A stretch of DNA of 49,823 nt from Octopus bimaculoides (lineage: Eukaryota), in contig NC_068996.1 of the NCBI RefSeq assembly GCF_001194135.2, positions 16,095,792 to 16,145,614 of the forward strand, given 5' to 3'. The notes beneath the pieces were generated by a model, which did no database searches, was not told where the DNA came from, and saw only the letters and a list, made by a program, of their open reading frames with translations. Within the stretch, counting starts at the first letter, position 1. Every line of letters begins with the position of its first letter. Both the position numbers and the translations under genes were made by a program. Below, in pieces: positions 13,562 to 24,623 of the stretch.

Positions 13562-14171
13562 CCCTTTGGTTATCCATATCATTTTCCTAAGTTTGTCCTG
13601 AATATCCATGTTTGTTTCCAGACTGTTACTTGATCATTACCTCCGCCAAGGAAAGAGGTTATGTTTTCATCGGCATTGGTTTGTCTATCTGTGTGCAAAA
13701 TAACTCAAAAAGTTGTGAACAGTATTTGATGAAAGTTGCAGGAAAAGTTGGTAATGACACAAGGAATAGATGATGAAATTTTGGTAGTGATCCGGGAATT
13801 TTTATGCATTCTTGAAGGATTTTTCATTTGTTAAATTTACTTTACATGAAGTATTACAATGTTACGTTCTTTGATTATCTTCCTTGAAAACACGTTCTTT
13901 GTTTCCACATAAACCTATGGTGGAGTTGCCGTTTCCAAAGTTTATTTTTGTTTCTCTATTAGTAATTTTACACGCGTATCTATCTTAAAATGAGCTGCTT
14001 GAGTGCTTTTCTAGTTGCCTCTTGTGTTCTGAATTATATGATATCGCTTGTTCTCATAAGTCCCAGCTTACTCTGGTGGTTGAAAGGAATTGAGAATGTG
14101 TATCATTTATAATGTATAGACCCCAGGAAATGTGGCCTGTGTAACATGTGATATACAGGACAGGCAAAGGG
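13562..14171. mobile_element. Possible TTAA-flanked MITE containing a nested element
   Basis: TTAA-CCCTTTGGTTATCCATATC ... GATATACAGGACAGGCAAAGGG-TTAA: a 7-bp perfect TIR extended by a degenerate match. Confidence 0.45.
13635..14016 (+). mobile_element. DINE-1/HINE-like (Helentron-associated) non-autonomous element
   Basis: Starts attacctccgccaaggaaagaggttatgttttc (5' partial inverted repeat attacctc/gaggttat), then gtttgtctatctgtgtgcaaaataactcaaaaag, and ends gagtgcttttctagtt. This architecture is recalled from widespread animal HINE-like repeats. Confidence 0.55.
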
Positions 14172-14364
14172 TTAAGTTATTTCAGGAAGACTAACTACAT
14201 TTCTGGTTCCCAGCACTCTGTGTTTAAATGAATACTCTCAAGGTCAACTATTGCCCTTCAAACTTTCTTGGTTACCAGCCCCCACCACGACCAGCAGAAT
14301 ATGAATCAAATTAAGGGATCCCAACTAGATCAACAACAGTGTGTGTGTATGTGAGAGAGAGGGA

Positions 14365-14424
<60 letters not shown>

Positions 14425-14647
14425 ACAGGACGGAAACCTATGTGTTTTATTGCAACTACTCAAAATTACGAAGGCACTGACAATAAAAAAAGCAAAAAAA
14501 ATTCAATTTTTGGGACAAGGCCAGCAATTTCAAGGGAGGGAGGGAGAAGTTAATTAGGTTGTTAATCCCAGTACTCAATGCAGTAACGATTCCACTGGCT
14601 TGCTGCCCTAATAATAACAATAATAATAATAATAATAATAACAATAA

Positions 14648-15290
14648 TAATCCTTCCTACTATAGGCATAAGGCCTGGAATCTGGGGGAGGTGGCTAGTC
14701 AATTTCATCAGACCCCAGTAGTTAGCTGGTACTTATTTCATTGACCCTCAAAGGATGAAAAAAGCAAATTCAACATCGATGGAATTTGAACTTGGAATGT
14801 AAAGACCGATAAAATGCTGCTAAGCATTCTTGCCCAACATTCTTTTACTTGTTTCAGTCATTTCACTGTGGCCATGCTGGAGCACTGCCTATTTAGTCAA
14901 ACAAATTGACCCCAGGACCTATTCTTTGTAAGCCTAGTACTTATCTTATCGGTCTCTTTTGCTGAACTGCTGCTGAACTGCTAAGTTACAGGGGACATAA
15001 ACACACCAACATTGGTTGTCAAGAGATGATGGGGGAACAAACATAGACACACAAACATATATATATATACACACACACACACACACGTATACGATGGGCT
15101 TCTTTCAGTTTCTGTCTATCAAATCCGCTTACAAGGTTTTGGTCGGCCTGAGGCTATAGTAGAAGACACTCGTCCAAGGTGCCACACAGTGGGACTGAAC
15201 CCTGAACCATGTGGTTGGAAAGCAATCTACTTAGCATACAGCCACAGGAGTGGTTATGTTAACAATTCTGCCAGCTTGCTGCTTTCATAC
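14648..15290 (-). mobile_element. Family B SINE interrupted by a family A SINE
   Basis: Body and tail at 14648-14840; the remaining head (aacaattctgccagcttgctgctt) resumes at about 15255-15285, after the inserted family A copy. Confidence 0.7.
14842..15247 (-). mobile_element. Family A SINE, full length, nested in a family B SINE
   Basis: Full reverse-complement match to head and 3' module; consensus CpGs mostly converted to TpG/CpA. Confidence 0.85.
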
Positions 15291-15379
15291 TGCCATTGCT
15301 ACTGCTACTACCACTACAAACACTACCACCACCACTGCTTATAATAATAACAACAACAACAACAACAATTATAGTAATT

Positions 15380-15592
15380 GTTTTGAAATTTTGGCACAGA
15401 GCCAGCAACTTCAGGGTAGGGAGTATGTCGATTACAGTGAACCCCAGTATTCAACTGGTACTTATTTATCAGTACTGAAAAGGATGAAAAGTCAGAGCTG
15501 ACCTTGGTGTAATTTGAACTCAGAATGTATAGACTGACAAAATACTATGCATTTTTGCCCAGCATGCGAACAATTCTGCAAACTTGCTGCCT
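15380..15592 (-). mobile_element. Family B SINE
   Basis: ttttgaaattttggcacagagccagc...ctggtacttatttatc...ggatgaaaagtcagagctgacc...aatttgaactcagaatgta...ttctgcaaacttgctgcctt. Confidence 0.8.
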
Positions 15593-15594
15593 TG

Positions 15595-15680
15595 ATAATA
15601 ACAACAACAACAATAATAATACTACTACTAATAATAATAATAATAAAAATAATAATAATTATTATTATTATTATTATTAT

Positions 15681-15762
<82 letters not shown>
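15595..15762. repeat. Compound (AAT)n-(ATT)n-(GAT)n microsatellite
   Basis: Directly visible; the (GAT)n run alone spans about 80 nt. Confidence 0.95.
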
Positions 15763-16271
15763 AAAAAACAGTTAGCGGAAGCATGATACTCCCCAGTGAC
15801 AGCCAAGACGTATTCGATTGCAAGTGAAGGCCGTTAATGTTTTATCTAGTGAAACAAAATAATTATATCTAACCAATCAAAAAGAAAATAACATACATTC
15901 AATTTAACGCTCAAACCCTTTAGTCAATAGAGATAATAGACAATTGATTAGGTACCATTATTTCAAGAATGTAATGGAAAAGTATGAAATACTTTTGTAC
16001 CGTGTGTGTGTGTGTGTGTGTGTGTGGTGCATGTGTGTGTATGTGTGCAGACAAAGCAATCACATAAGTGGATGATATAAGAACAACAGTTGAAAGTAGA
16101 TCTAGGACGGAACAAAGAAGTGGAGGGGTAGGAAGAGAATGGAATATAATCGTGTTATAACGCTTTACACATTTAGATTAAAAAAAGCTATGGACAAAGC
16201 AAACCACTAGAATATATATATATCTGTACACAGTGACTAACACATGTAACAGATATGTATATATACATATA

Positions 16272-16400
16272 TATCATCATCATTATCGTTTAACGTCCGC
16301 TTTCCATGCTAGCATTGGTTGGACGATTTGACTGAGGACTGGCAAGCCAGAAGGCTGCACCAGGCTCCTTCTGGCTTGCTAGTACTCAGTCAAATCGTCC
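16272..16400 (-). mobile_element. RTE-type LINE 3' end with a fold-back (inverted) 5' segment
   Basis: (ATC)n tail, then cgtttaacgtccgctttccatgctagc...; 16367-16400 is an inverted copy of 16321-16354. Confidence 0.8.
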
Positions 16401-16419
16401 TTATATACATATGTGTATA

Positions 16420-16451
<32 letters not shown>

Positions 16452-16610
16452 AATATATATATATGTGTGTGTAATATATATTATATTTGACAAGTTTGAA
16501 AGACGAACGAAAGCGCTAATATATGTATAAAATAAATGAAAGAAGTTATTCCAAAATTCTGACGACTTTTTTTTCAATATTTAATTCTGTACATCACACC
16601 TAACACTCTA

Positions 16611-16649
<39 letters not shown>

Positions 16650-16677
16650 GTATACACACACACACACACATATATTT

Positions 16678-17042
16678 AGGTGCAGGCATGGCTGAGTGGT
16701 AAGAAGCTTGCCTGCCAATCACATGGTTCTGGGTTCAGTCCTACAGTATGGCACCCTGGAGGCAAGTGTCTTCTGCTATAGTCTCACGGTCGCAGTCAAA
16801 TGACTGAAATTAATAAAAGAATATACATATGTGTGCGTGTGTGTTTATGTATTATTACATATCAATGTGCATGTGTGTTTGAACCCACTATTTCTGTTTG
16901 ACAACAAGTGTTGGAATGTTTATGTCCATGTAACTTCATGGTTCAGCAAAAGGTGAGTCCTGCACTGAAGTTGTCTGAGTAAAACTCTTCAACGCAGTGC
17001 CTCAGTATGGCCGCAATCAACTGACTGAAAGAAGTAAAAGAC
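16678..17042 (+). mobile_element. Family A SINE: internally deleted copy followed by a second 3' module
   Basis: ggtgcaggcatggctgagtggtaagaagcttgcc... fused directly to gtcgcagtcaaatgactgaaa; a second module follows at about 16870-17042. Confidence 0.75.
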
Positions 17043-18265
17043 AATGATATATATAAAAATATTCTTATATTTCAGGATGGTCATTTATTTTTTTTTCCTG
17101 CCAATTAAACACAAGCACTATATATCTGTTCTTTACTTATATATTATTGTTCTTATTCTATCTTATGCCCATTATCAGGAAATCTTTTATCACACACCTT
17201 TGACCTCTTCAGCAACTCTTCCATCCCACGCGTCTCCTATATATATATATATATATAAAAACATTTTTTTTTCTTCTAATGGTTTCAGTCATAGAACTGC
17301 AGCCATGCTGGAGCAGCACCTTAATTTATTTTCTATACTTTTGTTGTCACTTTATGGTTGGTAGTTGGTCTATGACTGAGCTTGTAATAGCTGATCTTCG
17401 TTGAGTGGATCTTTGAATGGCCGGCTGGTCCTGTGTCACTGTTAGGACTTTATCCAATCAAGGTCTTTTGTGTAATGTTTCAATAGAGGTTCCTTTTATA
17501 TTTCTGATTTCTTCAGGTAGGCAGTTGAACAGTTGAGAATCTCTAAATATCAGACTGGTTGGTGCAATAGAATATTTTTGCTAGTAATTTCGAAGGTGAT
17601 TAATTCAGAAGGAGACAGCATCCATGCATTAAAATTCCCTCTAATGCCAAAGCAAGGAGTATACCCCCTCCAAAATTTCTCATATGTATAAGATAGTATA
17701 TCTCTCTTCAGAATTCAAGAGAATAAAGGTGCAGAGCTTTCAAGCATTCCCAGTTATTAAAGCTTTTAACTGGCGAAGGAAAAGTTTTTTGTAACCATTC
17801 AATATTTTTTATGAGACAAGATGAGATAGAATACCAAATCTGTGAGCACTCATCTAATCTGCTAAGAATTAAGGGTTCTCACAAAATTAGCATAGCTGCT
17901 GGTTTCTCTTGATACAAAGGTTCATAGGAATCCATCCTATGAAATGTCTGCATATCGAGCTTAGTTTGGTGATGTGGCTGATGAAGGATGCATTATTATA
18001 TACATACACACGCGTAAACATATATATATATATATACTACACACACACACATGTATATCTCAATATGTGTGTGTGTGCGTGTATACACATACATGTGTGT
18101 ATGCATGCACACAAACACACACACGTGTTAATTTCACGAGCAGGTTGTTCCGTTGACCGGATCAACTGGAAACTTCGCCATGCACAAACATACATATATA
18201 TGTGTATGTGTTTGTGTGTGCGTATACATAATATATACATACACATATATACATACACACACACA

Positions 18266-18341
<76 letters not shown>

Positions 18342-18379
18342 ACGTACATTTAATATTATACATGATATCATATTATATA

Positions 18380-18545
18380 TACGACGGGCTTCTTTCGGTT
18401 TCAGTCTTCTAAATCCACTCTCAATGCTTTGATTGACCCAGATCTACAGTAGAAGACATTTGCCCAAGGTGACACGCAGTGGGACTGAACCCAGAACTGT
18501 GTGGTTGGGAAGCAGGCTTGTCACCACACCCCCACGTCAGTGCCT
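18380..18545 (-). mobile_element. Family A SINE head and CORE-like part
   Basis: acgacgggcttctttcggtttc...agtagaagacatttgcccaaggtgacacgcagtgggactgaacc. Confidence 0.8.
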
Positions 18546-18827
18546 ATACTCACTCATTCACTCATCACGCACCCACATTACACACACACACACACTCACA
18601 CATATTTCCCTAACATTTTGGGGGAAGTAACGGAGTGACTCAAGGAACGATAGTTAGTTTCGCACGTTAATACTGAGGTGGTTAACGCACGAAACCCGGG
18701 GGACTTGCGCCACTCTGTTGCTTCTTTTAAATAATAAAATAATATAAAATATATACTTTACATATCTAATAAATACACAACATATACGTATATATATACA
18801 TATATGTGTGTTCACACATAAACAGAG

Positions 18828-18859
<32 letters not shown>

Positions 18860-19549
18860 ATTTGTGTTTATTAAGCGCATTTATGTGTGCATACGTATGT
18901 ATGTATACACGCACACAAATACAATGCAAAAAAAATCTGTGAATGACCTTTCCAATGGTTATGTGTATATGTGCGTGAGTGGGCATGTGTGTATATGCGT
19001 ACAGACACACACACACACACACACACATACAAACACACACAGCCACACAGGACTATATATGCCGGACAACGACAAATTGACATGAATCATTTATCGGCGT
19101 CTATAAAAAAAATATATATATTTCCCTATCTTATTAAAATCTATTGTTATTGCCTCCTCTCTGGCCGACCCCCACTCTCTCCACACACGCTCTTACATTC
19201 AATAAATAGGTTACCGGTACACACACACACACACACAGAGGCACGTAATGTATAAAACACTCGCTCGTTGTCTATCAATGTTTTTTTCGTTGAAATACTC
19301 ACATGTCATGCGTGCTCACAGCTAACTTCAGCCGCATACTATACAGAAAAAATATAGAAGGACAACTAGTTAATGCTGTGTGGGTAGCTAGTAAGCTGTT
19401 ATCACACTAGCGATGTAACAGCGTGTGTATTAATGTGTGTGTGTGTGTGCGTGCGTGTGTGCGTGCGTGCGTGTGTGTGTGTGTTGAAGCAGACACGAAT
19501 ACATGCATAAATCTATATAACTTGTTGTATACACACATACCCATGAATG

Positions 19550-19679
19550 TACGGTTCCGGGTTCAGTCCCACGACGTGGCACCTTGGGCTTAGTGTCTTC
19601 TACTACAGCCTTGGGCCGACCAAAGCCTTGTTAGTGGATTTGGTAGACAGAAAAATGAAAGAAGCCCGTCGTATATATA
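19550..19679 (+). mobile_element. Family A SINE head fragment, ending at a gap
   Basis: ggttccgggttcagtcccacgacgtggcaccttggg...gaaagaagcccgtcgtatat. Confidence 0.8.
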
Positions 19680-20567
19680 NNNNNNNNNNNNNNNNNNNNN
19701 NNNNNNNNNNNNNNNNNNNNNNNNNNNNNNNNNNNNNNNNNNNNNNNNNNNNNNNNNNNNNNNNNNNNNNNNNNNNNNNNNNNNNNNNNNNNNNNNNNNN
19801 NNNNNNNNNNNNNNNNNNNNNNNNNNNNNNNNNNNNNNNNNNNNNNNNNNNNNNNNNNNNNNNNNNNNNNNNNNNNNNNNNNNNNNNNNNNNNNNNNNNN
19901 NNNNNNNNNNNNNNNNNNNNNNNNNNNNNNNNNNNNNNNNNNNNNNNNNNNNNNNNNNNNNNNNNNNNNNNNNNNNNNNNNNNNNNNNNNNNNNNNNNNN
20001 NNNNNNNNNNNNNNNNNNNNNNNNNNNNNNNNNNNNNNNNNNNNNNNNNNNNNNNNNNNNNNNNNNNNNNNNNNNNNNNNNNNNNNNNNNNNNNNNNNNN
20101 NNNNNNNNNNNNNNNNNNNNNNNNNNNNNNNNNNNNNNNNNNNNNNNNNNNNNNNNNNNNNNNNNNNNNNNNNNNNNNNNNNNNNNNNNNNNNNNNNNNN
20201 NNNNNNNNNNNNNNNNNNNNNNNNNNNNNNNNNNNNNNNNNNNNNNNNNNNNNNNNNNNNNNNNNNNNNNNNNNNNNNNNNNNNNNNNNNNNNNNNNNNN
20301 NNNNNNNNNNNNNNNNNNNNNNNNNNNNNNNNNNNNNNNNNNNNNNNNNNNNNNNNNNNNNNNNNNNNNNNNNNNNNNNNNNNNNNNNNNNNNNNNNNNN
20401 NNNNNNNNNNNNNNNNNNNNNNNNNNNNNNNNNNNNNNNNNNNNNNNNNNNNNNNNNNNNNNNNNNNNNNNNNNNNNNNNNNNNNNNNNNNNNNNNNNNN
20501 NNNNNNNNNNNNNNNNNNNNNNNNNNNNNNNNNNNNNNNNNNNNNNNNNNNNNNNNNNNNNNNNNNN

Positions 20568-20609
<42 letters not shown>

Positions 20610-20710
20610 TGTGTGTATGTATGCGCGCGCGCGTGCGTTCGTATGTATGTGTGGGACCATTAATTCCGACATGTTTTAAAATTTGCTCTCACCGTTTTGG
20701 GATTTCGTTC

Positions 20711-20744
20711 TTTCTGTGAAAGAGCGTAGGCTCGAAACGTCAAA
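20711..20744 (+). ncRNA. Degenerate hammerhead-like motif of a Penelope-like tail
   Basis: uuu-CUGUGAA-A-GAGC-guag-GCUC-GAAA-CGUC-aaa: stem II, GAAA and the palindromic ACGU/GUC are present, but CUGANGA is mutated. Confidence 0.35.
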
Positions 20745-20869
20745 CATCTTTCCATTTTCTTCCCGAACGATAAACCTATACACCTGCTTATTGTCCCCCC
20801 AACCGTCCACCGATCTGTCTTTTTTGTTTTCTGTACGTTTGAAGCATTCATACACACGTATTTATATAC

Positions 20870-21025
20870 AAGAACGGCTATGTAGTAAGAAGCTTGCTTT
20901 CCAACCACATCGTTCAGGGTTCAGTCCCACTGCGTCGCACCTTAGACAAGAAACTACCAGCCTAGTCCAGGCCTGAGGGTAACCTTCTGAGTGAATCTGG
21001 TAAAAGTAAACTCGAAGAAGCTTGT
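20870..21025 (+). mobile_element. Family A SINE head, diverged
   Basis: gtagtaagaagcttgctttccaaccacatcgttcagggttcagtcccactgcgtcgcacc. Confidence 0.7.
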
Positions 21026-21621
21026 TCGTTCGTTCGTTCGTTCCATCCATCCATCCATCCACACACACACACACACACATACATGCACACACACACAACA
21101 CACGTGTGTATGTGTATACGAAAGATCTTGGAAGGGCTAAAACCCCAGATAGACGCAGTTCGATGAGTGGTTCCCGTGGTAAACACCCGGACTGTCTAAC
21201 CCACCACACTTTGTTTTATATATATAACATGCATAACACACACACGTTAACACATATAAAACATATGTACATGTAAGAGTATATGGATATATACGTATGC
21301 ATGCGTATATAGACTTGTACGTAACACTCATATACACGTATGTAAGTCTGCATATTGCATAAACACATACACACGCATAAACCAAGACACGGTAGCATAG
21401 CATCCTTCCAATCATTGAAACCTTCAAGAATACATGCAGACGCGGAAGAGGTAAAGAAAGAATGGAGGGGGGAAACAAAGAGGGAGGGAGAGAGAGAGAG
21501 GGGGGGGAGTTTGAAAAAATTTTTACGAATGAACCGAAAAAGTTGAGAAGCAGGTAAAAATAATTGATAGCTTAAACAAAAAAAAACAAAAAAAAAATTA
21601 AGAGGGTTCCACACAAACTAT

Positions 21622-21644
21622 TTAGGGTTAGGGTTAGGGTTAGG
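21622..21644 (+). repeat. Short interstitial (TTAGGG)n
   Basis: ttagggttagggttagggttagg. Confidence 0.85.
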
Positions 21645-23603
21645 AAATAAAGACTTCAAGAATAAAAGAAATCTCTCGCTATTTAGCCATACGTTCTTAC
21701 AACTACCTGTTAACCTCATCATGTGATCTGCTTTTGACAAACGATAGTTAATTTAATGAGGGGACTCTTTGTATATAATTGAAATTACAGTCATNNNNNN
21801 NNNNNNNNNNNNNNNNNNNNNNNNNNNNNNNNNNNNNNNNNNNNNNNNNNNNNNNNNNNNNNNNNNNNNNNNNNNNNNNNNNNNNNNNNNNNNNNNNNNN
21901 NNNNNNNNNNNNNNNNNNNNNNNNNNNNNNNNNNNNNNNNNNNNNNNNNNNNNNNNNNNNNNNNNNNNNNNNNNNNNNNNNNNNNNNNNNNNNNNNNNNN
22001 NNNNNNNNNNNNNNNNNNNNNNNNNNNNNNNNNNNNNNNNNNNNNNNNNNNNNNNNNNNNNNNNNNNNNNNNNNNNNNNNNNNNNNNNNNNNNNNNNNNN
22101 NNNNNNNNNNNNNNNNNNNNNNNNNNNNNNNNNNNNNNNNNNNNNNNNNNNNNNNNNNNNNNNNNNNNNNNNNNNNNNNNNNNNNNNNNNNNNNNNNNNN
22201 NNNNNNNNNNNNNNNNNNNNNNNNNNNNNNNNNNNNNNNNNNNNNNNNNNNNNNNNNNNNNNNNNNNNNNNNNNNNNNNNNNNNNNNNNNNNNNNNNNNN
22301 NNNNNNNNNNNNNNNNNNNNNNNNNNNNNNNNNNNNNNNNNNNNNNNNNNNNNNNNNNNNNNNNNNNNNNNNNNNNNNNNNNNNNNNNNNNNNNNNNNNN
22401 NNNNNNNNNNNNNNNNNNNNNNNNNNNNNNNNNNNNNNNNNNNNNNNNNNNNNNNNNNNNNNNNNNNNNNNNNNNNNNNNNNNNNNNNNNNNNNNNNNNN
22501 NNNNNNNNNNNNNNNNNNNNNNNNNNNNNNNNNNNNNNNNNNNNNNNNNNNNNNNNNNNNNNNNNNNNNNNNNNNNNNNNNNNNNNNNNNNNNNNNNNNN
22601 NNNNNNNNNNNNNNNNNNNNNNNNNNNNNNNNNNNNNNNNNNNNNNNNNNNNNNNNNNNNNNNNNNNNNNNNNNNNNNNNNNNNNNNNNNNNNNNNNNNN
22701 NNNNNNNNNNNNNNATTCATTTATTCCAGAAAAATTTTGCAAAAATGTTTGATAATTTTCAGAATTTTCAACCAATGAGAAAACAGCGCTGCCTTTTTCC
22801 ATCGTTCGGGGAGGGGGGGGGAGGCACCGGCATGTCAAAACATACATACATATACGCACACATACATACATATACCCACACAAAGTAGAAACGCTATTTT
22901 TATTTTTACTTTCAGCATTAAATGTTCACCACCCCATTTCCATTGCACACACACACGCACACATTCACATACCTCCCTTTTACACACACACACAAACATT
23001 CACATACCTCTCTTTTACACACACACACACTCACACAGAGTTGAAACGCTCCCACTACCAGTTTCCCATCACCCCTTCCTTATTCATATATGTTGTGACG
23101 GAGAAAAACATAAAGAACATTATTATAGTAGACTATGTTTCTCGTATCTCCCTCTCTTCCTTGTGTGCATACGCAGCATCTTTGGTTACTATGGAAACAG
23201 TTTATCGCCACAGTGATGTGTAAAATACCTACTTCTGATTGGCTAAAACACAGAAATTTTGCAAATTTTACAGGCTAATAACTTTTTAATTATGGATTTA
23301 TGTGGAAAATGGAATTTTATTTTCATAATTAGTATACAAAACTTAATCCGTATACCAAATTTGAAAACAACTGGAACAGAGAAGAAAACTACAAAGATTT
23401 GTTTGACTAAACAGCCTTGATGGTTGTGCTATAGCATGGCTGCAATCTATTGACAGAGACAAGTACAAAAGATTAGTTAGTTAGTTAGATAGATAGATAG
23501 ATAGATACCTATCTCTCCAGCCTGAAGACAGAAGCCGGATCTAGGAAATGTTTATATGCCTCCACTACTGGTTGCATATCCTTCACTTTTGGGGAACTAC
23601 ATC

Positions 23604-23647
<44 letters not shown>

Positions 23648-24577
23648 NNNNNNNNNNNNNNNNNNNNNNNNNNNNNNNNNNNNNNNNNNNNNNNNNNNNN
23701 NNNNNNNNNNNNNNNNNNNNNNNNNNNNNNNNNNNNNNNNNNNNNNNNNNNNNNNNNNNNNNNNNNNNNNNNNNNNNNNNNNNNNNNNNNNNNNNNNNNN
23801 NNNNNNNNNNNNNNNNNNNNNNNNNNNNNNNNNNNNNNNNNNNNNNNNNNNNNNNNNNNNNNNNNNNNNNNNNNNNNNNNNNNNNNNNNNNNNNNNNNNN
23901 NNNNNNNNNNNNNNNNNNNNNNNNNNNNNNNNNNNNNNNNNNNNNNNNNNNNNNNNNNNNNNNNNNNNNNNNNNNNNNNNNNNNNNNNNNNNNNNNNNNN
24001 NNNNNNNNNNNNNNNNNNNNNNNNNNNNNNNNNNNNNNNNNNNNNNNNNNNNNNNNNNNNNNNNNNNNNNNNNNNNNNNNNNNNNNNNNNNNNNNNNNNN
24101 NNNNNNNNNNNNNNNNNNNNNNNNNNNNNNNNNNNNNNNNNNNNNNNNNNNNNNNNNNNNNNNNNNNNNNNNNNNNNNNNNNNNNNNNNNNNNNNNNNNN
24201 NNNNNNNNNNNNNNNNNNNNNNNNNNNNNNNNNNNNNNNNNNNNNNNNNNNNNNNNNNNNNNNNNNNNNNNNNNNNNNNNNNNNNNNNNNNNNNNNNNNN
24301 NNNNNNNNNNNNNNNNNNNNNNNNNNNNNNNNNNNNNNNNNNNNNNNNNNNNNNNNNNNNNNNNNNNNNNNNNNNNNNNNNNNNNNNNNNNNNNNNNNNN
24401 NNNNNNNNNNNNNNNNNNNNNNNNNNNNNNNNNNNNNNNNNNNNNNNNNNNNNNNNNNNNNNAAAAAAAAAAAAAAAAAAACCACGGTAGCTAGAAAGCA
24501 ATTGTGGATTAGGTTAAATACCATTAAACATTAACTATCTAATACTGTTTTAAGTATTTCAACAACAGTGAGAGATA

Positions 24578-24623
24578 ACGCTAGACAGGTTTCGATTATT
24601 CTCTAACCTCGTCAGCGAAGCAT
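24578..24623 (-). ncRNA. Candidate minimal type I hammerhead ribozyme (Penelope-associated type)
   Basis: Minus strand AUGCUUCG-CUGACGA-GGUUA-gagaa-UAAUC-GAAA-C-cu-GUC-UAGCGU: exact catalytic core, 5-bp stem II closed by G-C, GUC cleavage triplet, imperfect stem I. Confidence 0.5.

Noticed and set aside
18122-18180. gttaatttcacgagcaggttgttccgttgaccggatcaactgg, which looks like another repeat family
   Set aside because: Single short copy in this window; cannot be supported without a database search.
19285-19310. Minus-strand ATG ACA T|gtgagt, a possible first exon of a separate gene
   Set aside because: Lies inside the Meis intron with no supporting downstream exons; chance donor.
21622-21644. 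CCCTAA template-like tract as a possible telomerase RNA gene
   Set aside because: No flanking pseudoknot or CR4/5-like structure recognised; simple repeat.
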